Source: Bifidobacterium breve
GTDB taxonomy: Bacteria > Acidobacteriota > Vicinamibacteria > Vicinamibacterales > CAVVIG01
Assembly: GCA_943328785.2 (NCBI GenBank)
Contig: CALQBJ020000001.1
Coordinates: forward strand, 1-57,250
Length of the DNA stretch: 57,250 nucleotides
Direction of reading: 5' to 3'
In this document: positions 41,593 through 51,428 of the stretch, in pieces
Layout of the letters: every line of letters starts with the position of its first letter
Numbering within the stretch: the first letter of the stretch is position 1
Translations under genes and position numbers: made by a program
Notes under the pieces: model-generated
Told to the model about the DNA's origin: nothing
The model's database searches: none
Seen by the model: only the letters and a program-made list of their open reading frames with translations

Positions 41593-42987
41593 CTAGGCCA
41601 ACGGGGTCTGCGCCGCGGCCAGCCACGCCGCCGTCACTTCCGACGCCGTGGCAAACCGGCTGTTCGCGTCGGCCAGGATGCAGCGCATGATCATCGCCGC
41701 CGCCTCGGTCCCGAGGTCGGGACGCTCCGTCGCCACGTCCGGCGGCTTGGTCATGAGCATGCGGCCAAGCAGTTGCGGGAACGACTCCGCCGGGTAGGGC
41801 GGCCGTCCCGTGGCCATGTAGTACATCAGTGCACCGATCGTGAAGACGTCGGCACGCTGGTCGGCCGGATTCCCCATCAGCAGTTCCGGCGCAACGTACG
41901 ACAACTCGTGCGGCGCCGCCTGCCCCCGCAAGGTCGCCTCGTTCATTGTCGACAGCAGATCCTGCATGCCTCCGATGCCGGCGCTCGAGATGGCGAGGTG
42001 CTCTTTCTTGCCCGGCTCCCGCACCACACGAATGATTTCCGGATGCAGCCCCGAGATGAAGCCGCCGTGCACGTGCACCGCCTCGGTCGCCTCGCTCAGT
42101 TCGCGCACGAACTGCGTCAGCTTCGGGATGGCGAGGCCGCCGTCCAGGCGAACGAGTTCGCCGAGGCTCACGCCTGCCAGCAGGTCCGTCACCACGTACA
42201 TCATGTCCGTCGTCTCGCCGAAATCGCGGACGTGGATGATGTTCGGGTGCATCACCTGCAGGGCGCGCGCCTCACGCAGGAACCTGGCACGAATGGCCTC
42301 CTTGTTGTCCTTGTCGGTCGGCCGGTAGACGCGCACCGCGACCGGACTGCCGAGCATTCGGTGTTCGCCGGCATAGACGACGCTGCCGAAGCGACCGATC
42401 GCGACCACCTTCGTGAGGTCGTAGTTGCCCACCACCAGCGGCGATTCCTTGGACGGTTCGAGCGAGGCCGGCGGAGGCGGCGGCGCGGCGGCCGCGGCTG
42501 GCGAGGGAGCGAGGGGCGCTGGCGCGTCGACGCCGTCTGGGATCAGGTCGCCCTCGATGCCCGGCCGCTTCAGGTGCGCGTTGACGCCCTGGACGAGACG
42601 CTCGAGGTGCTGGTCGATCGGCTGGAGCGTCGCGTCGAACCAGTGCTGCGAGCTGATGAAGTACTCCATCGTCCGGGTCGGCATCACGTTCTCGATGCGG
42701 ACGGGCATGAGCGACAGCCCCTTGTGGACGGCGCGCTCGACCTCGCGCTGCACCTGGACCGACTTGTTGGAGGCTTCGCTGAAGACCAGCAGCATGACGC
42801 GCGAGCCTTCGATGGCGTCGATGATCGACTCGGCCCACGGCACGCCAGGCACGATGTCGCGGGGGGCGATCCAGCACGGAATGCCGCGCTGCTCGAGACC
42901 CGCGCAGATCGCGTTCGAGACAACCGCGTCTTTCGACGCATAACTGATGAAGACCACGTGCGCCATGACGAAAGCGCTGTCGATCAT
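41593..42987 (-). CDS. TIR domain - pseudokinase fusion protein
   Basis: TIR: 'VVFISYASKD...PCWIAPRDIVPG..WAESIIDAIEGSRVMLLVFSEASNKSVQVQREVE'. Kinase-like fold with degenerate motifs: 'VAVRVY' (K to R), 'ISGLHPEII' in place of HRDLKPEN, 'ISSAG' in place of DFG, with 'YVAPE' retained. Confidence 0.8.
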   Translation of the reverse strand: MIDSAFVMAHVVFISYASKDAVVSNAICAGLEQRGIPCWIAPRDIVPGVPWAESIIDAIEGSRVMLLVFSEASNKSVQVQREVERAVHKGLSLMPVRIENVMPTRTMEYFISSQHWFDATLQPIDQHLERLVQGVNAHLKRPGIEGDLIPDGVDAPAPLAPSPAAAAAPPPPPASLEPSKESPLVVGNYDLTKVVAIGRFGSVVYAGEHRMLGSPVAVRVYRPTDKDNKEAIRARFLREARALQVMHPNIIHVRDFGETTDMMYVVTDLLAGVSLGELVRLDGGLAIPKLTQFVRELSEATEAVHVHGGFISGLHPEIIRVVREPGKKEHLAISSAGIGGMQDLLSTMNEATLRGQAAPHELSYVAPELLMGNPADQRADVFTIGALMYYMATGRPPYPAESFPQLLGRMLMTKPPDVATERPDLGTEAAAMIMRCILADANSRFATASEVTAAWLAAAQTPLA

Positions 42988-42994
42988 AGCGCAT

Positions 42995-43035
42995 CGAAAA
43001 CAAAAAAAGGCCGCCGGGGTAAACCCGGCGGCCTT
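42995..43035 (-). terminator. Rho-independent terminator of the glgX/AGE transcript
   Basis: Minus strand reads AAGGCCGCCGGG-TTTAC-CCCGGCGGCCTT followed by TTTTTGTTTTC. 12-bp stem, 31 nt after the stop at 43066. Confidence 0.7.
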
Positions 43036-43065
43036 CTCTCGGTCCTGCGTGCTGCGGGACGGCTG

Positions 43066-45291
43066 TTAGTCGACGAAAGTGAGACTTTCGCCGAATTCGG
43101 TCGCGTTCAGGGCGTCCTTGACCGCCTGGTTCGCTCCGATTACCTGAACGTCCTCATCGGTTCGCAGCTTCTGCTTGCCGAAGATGAGGGCGCGAATCGC
43201 ACCCGGGGTCAGCGTCTTCAGTTCCTTGACGCGGATGATGAGCGTCTCGGGCTGGGCGGCGATGACCTCCTGAAGCTTGGCCTGCAGCGCCTGAACCGCC
43301 ATGTGGTCGGCGTCGCCCGCCAGGGTCAGCGTCGCGACCCCCTTGTCCACTGTGGCGTGTGCGCTGAAGTGTGACAGCCCCTCGGTCGGCGCGATACGCA
43401 CGACGATCTTCACCTGGTCATCAGCCTGCGGGATGGTGACCGTGAGGTTCGCGGCGTCGAAGTCGCTGTATTCCTTGCCGTCGACCGTGACCGACTCGAT
43501 CTTGATGCTGCCCTTCGGCAGCATGTCCGGCGCGACGCGCAGGATGTTGCCCTTGAACGCGCCCGGCTTCGGCTTGAAGTGCAGATCGAGCGGCTGCTTG
43601 GTGATGAGCAGGTTCGTGTAGACCGCCGCGAGGTAGCACAGCTCGAACGAGTGGTAGCCGCTCATCGAGTGGCTGCCCTTGTTGCGTTCGGTGCCGAGCA
43701 GGAACGGCATGCCGTTGGCGAGGACGTTGAAGTAGACGGCCCCCGAATCGTGGTCGAGGAAGAACGCGCTGTAGAACGCCGACGACTCACGCGCCTGCTT
43801 CAGGTACTCCGGCTTCTTCAGCGAACCGTGGAGGATCAGGTACGCCAGGATGCCCTGTTCCTGCTGCCACCACGCCTTGCGGTCGTGGAAGGCGAAGCGG
43901 TGGATCGACTGCCCTTCCGGCAGGGCGCGTTCCACCACGTCGTACCAGCCGCCACGCTGCGGGTCGCCGCCGTGCTTCGGCATGAGGCCGGCGATCTTCT
44001 CGGCGAGCGCCACGTAGCTGTCGTCCTGCTTCGCATTCACCATGCGCATCAGGTTCCAGGCGATCTTGAGGTTGTGTCCGACGACCCCGCGGTTCTGTTG
44101 CCAGCCCCACGTCCGGTCGGCGCTCCAATCCTCGTGGAACTTCTCCTGGACGAACGCGCTGTTCTCGTAGTCCGGGAAGCGCGTGGCGATGGTGGTCGCC
44201 GTGTCGATGAGCATCTCGAGGTGCTCGGGTTCGTTCGTCGCCAGCGCCAGGTTGATCAGGTACGCCGGGGCGTGGTCACCGACCGAATTCCAGTTCTTCT
44301 TCCCGCGGTTGCGACCGAGCGACTCGGCCTTCGGGTCGAAGGTGACCGGGTCAATGTGCGAGAAGTAGCCGCCACCCTCGTAGTCGCGGTAGTAGCGGTT
44401 GAACATGTTCAGGGTGCGGTCGATGTCCTTGCGGATCTTCGGGTCGCCCGTGATGCGGTAGGTCTGCGTCGGGCCGGCCAGCGCGTAGATCTGTTCATAC
44501 GCCGGGATCGCATCCCAGTCGTCACCGAACTCCGACGAGAGCAGCTTGCGCTCGCGGACGGGGGCGCTGGAGGAGCGGCGCATGCCGGGCACGTCGGCCA
44601 TGTCCGAGTTCAGGATCTTCTTGCCCTTCGCCTCGGCGAAGTCGATGGCGTGGTACCAGTAGCAGGTGTCCTCGACCGTGTCGACCGAGCAGAAGTGTTC
44701 GCGCAGGTAGTCGCTGCCCTTTTCGGCCGATTCGAGGAAGCGCTCGTCACCGGTGAGGAGGTAGGCCGAGGCGAAGCCGAAGATCAGGCGCGAGATCGTG
44801 TCGGTCTCCTGGCGGGTCGAATCGATCTTGCGGCCGTACAGGTCGAGCGACGTGCGGTAGTTGCGGTAGTCGACCGGGCCGTCGCCGAACTGGGCGCGGA
44901 AGTAGAAATTGCCCAGTTCCTGAATCTGGCGCACCCAATAGTCGGGCCGTTCGAACACGAACTCCGTCGGGCCGCGGCCGACGAACACGAGGTGCTCCGC
45001 CTCGAGCGCCATCGGCACGTCCGGGTAGAACACGCCGTAGGAGTACAGAAAGCGGCCGACCTGCAGCATGTCGCGCATCTGCCCGGTGCAGTCGATGTAC
45101 GACTCGCCGAGATTGCGCGCCAACTCGCCGTAGCATGAGCCCGAGAAGCGAATCTGGAATTCCCGGCCATCCGACGTGGCGACGCGGAATCCGTTACGGT
45201 CGGCGTCGACGCCGGTGACGTATCCGGCCACGGTGTCCGAGAATGCGAAGCCTAGTCCTGTCGTATTCGAAACCGAGTTCTTGACGTCCAT
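43066..45291 (-). CDS. AGE-superfamily (alpha/alpha)6 epimerase/isomerase-like enzyme with C-terminal STAS domain
   Basis: 'GHNLKIAWNL' and 'WWQQEQGILAYL' are AGE-like. The last ~110 aa ('ATLTLAGDADHMAVQALQAKL...LIIRVKELKTLTPGAIRALIF...VQVIGANQAVKDAL') are STAS-like. Confidence 0.72.
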   Translation of the reverse strand: MDVKNSVSNTTGLGFAFSDTVAGYVTGVDADRNGFRVATSDGREFQIRFSGSCYGELARNLGESYIDCTGQMRDMLQVGRFLYSYGVFYPDVPMALEAEHLVFVGRGPTEFVFERPDYWVRQIQELGNFYFRAQFGDGPVDYRNYRTSLDLYGRKIDSTRQETDTISRLIFGFASAYLLTGDERFLESAEKGSDYLREHFCSVDTVEDTCYWYHAIDFAEAKGKKILNSDMADVPGMRRSSSAPVRERKLLSSEFGDDWDAIPAYEQIYALAGPTQTYRITGDPKIRKDIDRTLNMFNRYYRDYEGGGYFSHIDPVTFDPKAESLGRNRGKKNWNSVGDHAPAYLINLALATNEPEHLEMLIDTATTIATRFPDYENSAFVQEKFHEDWSADRTWGWQQNRGVVGHNLKIAWNLMRMVNAKQDDSYVALAEKIAGLMPKHGGDPQRGGWYDVVERALPEGQSIHRFAFHDRKAWWQQEQGILAYLILHGSLKKPEYLKQARESSAFYSAFFLDHDSGAVYFNVLANGMPFLLGTERNKGSHSMSGYHSFELCYLAAVYTNLLITKQPLDLHFKPKPGAFKGNILRVAPDMLPKGSIKIESVTVDGKEYSDFDAANLTVTIPQADDQVKIVVRIAPTEGLSHFSAHATVDKGVATLTLAGDADHMAVQALQAKLQEVIAAQPETLIIRVKELKTLTPGAIRALIFGKQKLRTDEDVQVIGANQAVKDALNATEFGESLTFVD

Positions 45292-45330
45292 CTATCGGTG
45301 CTCCTCTTTATGTGGGTAGAAATTCATGCG

Positions 45331-47483
<2,153 letters not shown>

Positions 47484-47484
<1 letters not shown>

Positions 47485-47555
47485 CACTCGGGGTCTCCTA
47501 CTGTCACAGGCCTTCCAGATTCGCAGTTCTGCACGTGAAGCGTGCGTTGCGTCAT
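47484..47555 (-). CDS. Candidate 23-codon upstream ORF (MTQRTLHVQNCESGRPVTVGDPE) coupled to glgX
   Basis: ATG at 47555 with AAGGAGG 6 nt upstream. The stop TGA overlaps the glgX ATG (TGATG). Seen only by reading the sequence; there is no homology evidence. Confidence 0.3.
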
Positions 47556-47591
47556 CCAACGCCTCCTTGTGCGGAATCCCGAAGACTTTTT

Positions 47592-47600
47592 CTTATAACA
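47592..47600 (-). promoter_or_regulatory. Extended -10 element candidate (TGTTATAAG) upstream of the glgX leader
   Basis: Read on the minus strand ~37 nt upstream of the uORF ATG. No good -35 element. Confidence 0.3.
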
Positions 47601-47657
47601 CGAACCGATGACGTTGCTGTGCGACCATGAGACCAGGTGCGCGCGGTGGTCGCGTGC

Positions 47658-48527
47658 TCATCGCCCCGCGAACAGCGTCGCGGATTCAGCCGCGAACGCC
47701 GCGAAGGTCCGGGCCGGGCGGCCCGTGACCCGCACGAGGTCGTCGGTGACCGTGGTTCCGTAGCCCTGTGCGTACACCACGCTCATCAGCGTGACGAGAT
47801 CGTCGACAAACCACGCAGGCATCCCGCTCGCCAGCATGCTCTGTCGCGCGGAATCCGGTGGGACATCGACAAACGTCACACCCTTGCCAGTCGCTTCCCC
47901 GATCAGCCGTGCGGCGTCGTCGTACGAGAGGGCTTCGGGACCCGTAATGACGTACCGCTTGCCTTCGTGCCCGGGCGTCATCAGCGTCACGACCGCAGCA
48001 TCGGCAATGTCGCGAATATCCACATGGCTCACGCGGCCGTGTCCAACCGGAGCGTAGATGGCCCCCTGGGTCGCGATCGTCTGGGCGAACCCAATGAAAT
48101 TCTGCATGAATGAATTTGGTTGCAGAACGGTCCAGTCGATGCCCGAGGCCTCGAGGGCTTCCTCGGCCTGATGATGGAGCCTCGCCGTGAGCACCGGAGC
48201 GTCCGCCGTCGCGCCCAGAACCGACGACTTGACGATGTGCCGGACGCCGGCCGCCTTGGCTGCGGTGATCGCGGCGATCTGCACCTCCGCCAATCGGAGA
48301 TCGGGCGACGTCACGATGTACATCTTCTCTACGCCGTGCATCGCGGCGGCGAGATTGGCCGCGTCGTCGAGATCGCCTGTGACGACCTCCACGCCAGCCG
48401 CTGCGAGGTCGGTGGCCTTGGATGGGTTCCGGACGAGAGCGCGCACCGGCGCTCCAGCGGCGCGGGCGCCAAGAGCGATCAATCGACCGGTGTTGCCCGT
48501 CGCGCCAATCACGAGAATCATAAGCAA
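47658..48527 (-). CDS. NmrA-like NAD(P)-binding protein
   Basis: 'ILVIGATGNTGRLI' Rossmann motif; NmrA/atypical-SDR length. Confidence 0.8.
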   Translation of the reverse strand: MLMILVIGATGNTGRLIALGARAAGAPVRALVRNPSKATDLAAAGVEVVTGDLDDAANLAAAMHGVEKMYIVTSPDLRLAEVQIAAITAAKAAGVRHIVKSSVLGATADAPVLTARLHHQAEEALEASGIDWTVLQPNSFMQNFIGFAQTIATQGAIYAPVGHGRVSHVDIRDIADAAVVTLMTPGHEGKRYVITGPEALSYDDAARLIGEATGKGVTFVDVPPDSARQSMLASGMPAWFVDDLVTLMSVVYAQGYGTTVTDDLVRVTGRPARTFAAFAAESATLFAGR

Positions 48528-48539
48528 GACTCGTTAAAT

Positions 48540-49139
48540 CTAGGCATCCGCCTCGCCCCCGCACATCTCGACGAGCGCCCGGAAGACCGCAGGCTGCTGT
48601 GCCCCGTTGAAATGCTGGGCGCCACGGACCACCACGACCTTCGCGCCGAGTTTTTCCTGCCACGCCCGCGTGTTTGCCGCCGTGTCTTCCACAAACGGGT
48701 CATCGTCCGAGATCACCGACACGCAGGTGCCCATCACGGCTCGAACGCGCTCGAGATCGAGAGGCGTCTCGATCCAGGGAACCAGGGCATCCCAGGGCCG
48801 ATCGACCCACCACCAGCCGGCGACACAGAGCACGCCGCCGAGCCTCGCGCCAGCCGACAGCGTCTGCAGGTAGTGCAAGGCGGCCAGGCACCCTACGCTG
48901 TGGCCGACCAGAACAGTGCGCGCGAGCGTCTCACTATCGGATCCGACAATCGGCGCGAGCGTCTCCACCCACTCCTCGATGACCGGTTCAGCGGGGCGAG
49001 GCATGGCGGGCACGATCACCTCGTCGAACAACTGGGGCGCGTGCGACCGCAACTGCCGTTCGAGCCACGGGTACCAATCGCTCCGCGGCGAACCGGACAT
49101 GCGGGGAACCAGAATGAGGCGCCTGGCCTGGACGTCCAT
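48540..49139 (-). CDS. YdeN/RBBP9-type alpha/beta serine hydrolase
   Basis: 'LILVPRMSGSPRSDWYPWL' and nucleophile elbow 'VGHSVGC'; ~200 aa. Confidence 0.72.
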   Translation of the reverse strand: MDVQARRLILVPRMSGSPRSDWYPWLERQLRSHAPQLFDEVIVPAMPRPAEPVIEEWVETLAPIVGSDSETLARTVLVGHSVGCLAALHYLQTLSAGARLGGVLCVAGWWWVDRPWDALVPWIETPLDLERVRAVMGTCVSVISDDDPFVEDTAANTRAWQEKLGAKVVVVRGAQHFNGAQQPAVFRALVEMCGGEADA

Positions 49140-49141
49140 GG

Positions 49142-50374
49142 TCAGGCGGTGGCCGCCTTCGCGGCGTTCGCGGGATTTGCGGAAACGCGCGGTAGTTCAC
49201 CACGCTTGTCGAGCCAGTCGCGGCCCGACCTGAGCAGGATCGGCACGACCAGGTTGGCGAAGAAAATCATCGTGATCAGCGCCGTGTAGAAATCGCGGGC
49301 AATGATGCCCCTGTCCAGCGCCACGCCAGCCACGATGATGTCGATGCTTCCCCGCGCGTTCATGCCCACGCCGGTCACCGCCGCTTCGCGCCACGACTTT
49401 CCGCCAACCAAAGACGACAGCAATCCGCCGAGGAACTTGCCTAAGAGCGCCACCACCACCACAGTGCCCACCAGGAGCGGGTTTCGCAACACGGCGAACG
49501 ACACGTTGAAGCCGGCGCTTACATAGAAAATCGGGGCCAAGAATCCGAGCGATACGTCGCGCACCGCCGACAGCACGTTCGCGAAGGTGCCCTTCTCGAA
49601 CATGTCCTCGCGGAGGAACAGGCCCGCGAGGAACGACCCGAGGATGAAGCTCAGCCCGAAGCTCTCGGCCAGGAACGCGATCCCGACGGCGAACAGCACG
49701 GCGATCGTCAACTCGTCAGTAGAACCCGGATGCCGCGCGACCTTGCCGTGGAGACGGCCGAGCAAGGGGAACACGTACACACCCAGCAGGACGACCAGGA
49801 CGAGAAACGCGATGGCCTTTCCCAGCACCAGCGCGATGCCGGCGGCCTTGACGCCACCGGAGTCGACGATCCCGAGGATGGCGGAGAAGGTGACGAGCAC
49901 GACGATGATGGAAAGGAGCGCGATCGCCATCAGCGTCTGACCGAGCTTCGTGTCGAGCAGGTTCAGGTCCGTCACGAACCGCGACATCGTGACCAGGGCC
50001 GTTGTCCCCATCACGGTGCCCACCAGCAGTCCGGCGTTGGTATTGCCGCCGAGCAACATCGTGGCAGCGAAGTAGCCGAGCACAAACGGCACAAGGAATC
50101 CGCCAACCGTCGGCAGGATCGCTCCCCCCGCGGACCTCAGCAGATCCTTCGGGTCCACGCGGGTGCCGATGAACAGCACCATCATCAGGATGCCCATCCG
50201 TCCAAGCAACGTGATGGCAGCGTCGCCATGAACCAGGCCAAGCAGCGGTGGGCCGAAGATGATGCCGGCCAGCAGCTCTCCGATCACGTGCGGGTAGCCC
50301 AGCTTCATCACCAGAGCTCCTGAAAACCACGACACGAGGACGATCAGAAACAGGTTAAGCCAGTTGATTTCCAT
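49142..50374 (-). CDS. Cation:proton antiporter (CPA2-like Na+/H+ or K+/H+ exchanger)
   Basis: About 11-12 hydrophobic segments and 'PHVIGELLAGIIFGP', typical of Na_H_Exchanger-family proteins. Confidence 0.85.
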   Translation of the reverse strand: MEINWLNLFLIVLVSWFSGALVMKLGYPHVIGELLAGIIFGPPLLGLVHGDAAITLLGRMGILMMVLFIGTRVDPKDLLRSAGGAILPTVGGFLVPFVLGYFAATMLLGGNTNAGLLVGTVMGTTALVTMSRFVTDLNLLDTKLGQTLMAIALLSIIVVLVTFSAILGIVDSGGVKAAGIALVLGKAIAFLVLVVLLGVYVFPLLGRLHGKVARHPGSTDELTIAVLFAVGIAFLAESFGLSFILGSFLAGLFLREDMFEKGTFANVLSAVRDVSLGFLAPIFYVSAGFNVSFAVLRNPLLVGTVVVVALLGKFLGGLLSSLVGGKSWREAAVTGVGMNARGSIDIIVAGVALDRGIIARDFYTALITMIFFANLVVPILLRSGRDWLDKRGELPRVSANPANAAKAATA

Positions 50375-50555
50375 CAGAATGCTCTCTCGACGGCTCGCGC
50401 ACGAGCCCAGAAAACGAAAGGTAAAATGTGACAGCCGTGTGAGCCGCAGAGCACCGAACGCACTCGCGAAGGCCCGACTGCCACGTCAGGCGATTCAGGC
50501 TGCGTGCCATGCGGCGGGCCGAAACCGCCCAATGGACCAAACCGACAAGAGGCGG

Positions 50556-50954
50556 TCAGGCAAATGCCGCAGCGGCGGCGGCGGTGTCGTTATAGGTCCG
50601 CACACTGGCCAACTGCCCGTCATGCACCGCCCACACGTGGACCCACTCGTTGTGAAAAGTGCGTCCCGTGGACTTCACCCGCGATTCATCGAAGCCCAGG
50701 ACCACCACACTGTCTCCCTGGGCGATGAACTCTCGAATTTCGAACGCAGTCACGTCGACGGCGTCGCTCAATGTCTTCAGGAACTCGGATACGCCGCCGT
50801 GGCCCCGCCAGACACCACCGAACGGGACCCCCGCGGAATAGCGGGAGTCCCACTCGAAGGCGGTCGACATTGCCGCCAGCATCCCCGCCATATCGCCCCG
50901 ACTGAACGACTGATAGGCGTACTGAACGAGCTCGAGCGGAGATGAAGCGCTCAC
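50556..50954 (-). CDS. NTF2/SnoaL-like family protein
   Basis: GTG start at 50954 (VSASSPLELVQYAYQSFSRGD), 5 nt after the upstream stop. ~130 aa cone-fold pattern 'VHVWAVHDGQLASVRTY'. Confidence 0.7.
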   Translation of the reverse strand: MSASSPLELVQYAYQSFSRGDMAGMLAAMSTAFEWDSRYSAGVPFGGVWRGHGGVSEFLKTLSDAVDVTAFEIREFIAQGDSVVVLGFDESRVKSTGRTFHNEWVHVWAVHDGQLASVRTYNDTAAAAAAFA

Positions 50955-50959
50955 TGGCG

Positions 50960-51394
50960 TCAGTTGCCAGCCGGGACCGGCGCGATGCCCAGTTGCTGGA
51001 GCAGGCGCAGCATGTCGAGGTTCGACCAGCGAGCGGCAATTCTGCCGTCCTTCATCTGAACGATGGTCGTGCCGGTGAACTCCACCTTCTTCCCGGTCGG
51101 CGGCAGGCCGCCCATGAAGGGGCCGGTGTGAGTGCCGCTGAGAGTCCACCGGTGAACAACCTTGTCCGCCGTGAAGATTTCGTCATCGATCGTGAGATGG
51201 ATGTCCGGAAACGCCGTGCGGAACGAGCTGATGATCTGCCTGAAGCTGTCCGACCCCTGCTCCGGTTGGCCGTGGAGCGTCGAGTAATCCATGCTGTCTG
51301 ACGTCAAGAGCTCATCAAGCACGGAGAAATCACCGCGGTTCCATGCAGAGTCAAAAAAGCGTCTAGCTGTTGCGTTGTTCTCTTGTGGTGTCAT
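50960..51394 (-). CDS. SnoaL-type ester cyclase
   Basis: 'NNATARRFFDSAWNRGDFSVLDELL', 'SGTHTGPFMGGLPPTGKKVEF' and 'DGRIAARWSNLDMLRLLQQLG'. Confidence 0.8.
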   Translation of the reverse strand: MTPQENNATARRFFDSAWNRGDFSVLDELLTSDSMDYSTLHGQPEQGSDSFRQIISSFRTAFPDIHLTIDDEIFTADKVVHRWTLSGTHTGPFMGGLPPTGKKVEFTGTTIVQMKDGRIAARWSNLDMLRLLQQLGIAPVPAGN

Positions 51395-51428
51395 AACTGT
51401 TCCCGCTCATACCTGCGCTGGCGTTCGG

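Noticed and set aside
41773-43374. 533-aa plus-strand ORF spanning the TIR-pseudokinase gene, the terminator and the AGE 3' end
   Set aside because: It crosses an intrinsic terminator and two well-supported minus-strand genes, and it has an Arg/Asp/Gly-rich shadow composition.
43579-45138. 519-aa plus-strand ORF
   Set aside because: It is antisense to the AGE-family gene and is a featureless Arg/Val/Ala-rich translation.
47485-47559. TTG-initiated 25-aa N-terminal extension of GlgX
   Set aside because: The only SD (AAGGAGG) would be 2 nt from the TTG. The ATG at 47484 has its own AGGAG, and the SD is ideally spaced for an out-of-frame ATG (reported as a candidate uORF). This is not fully excluded.
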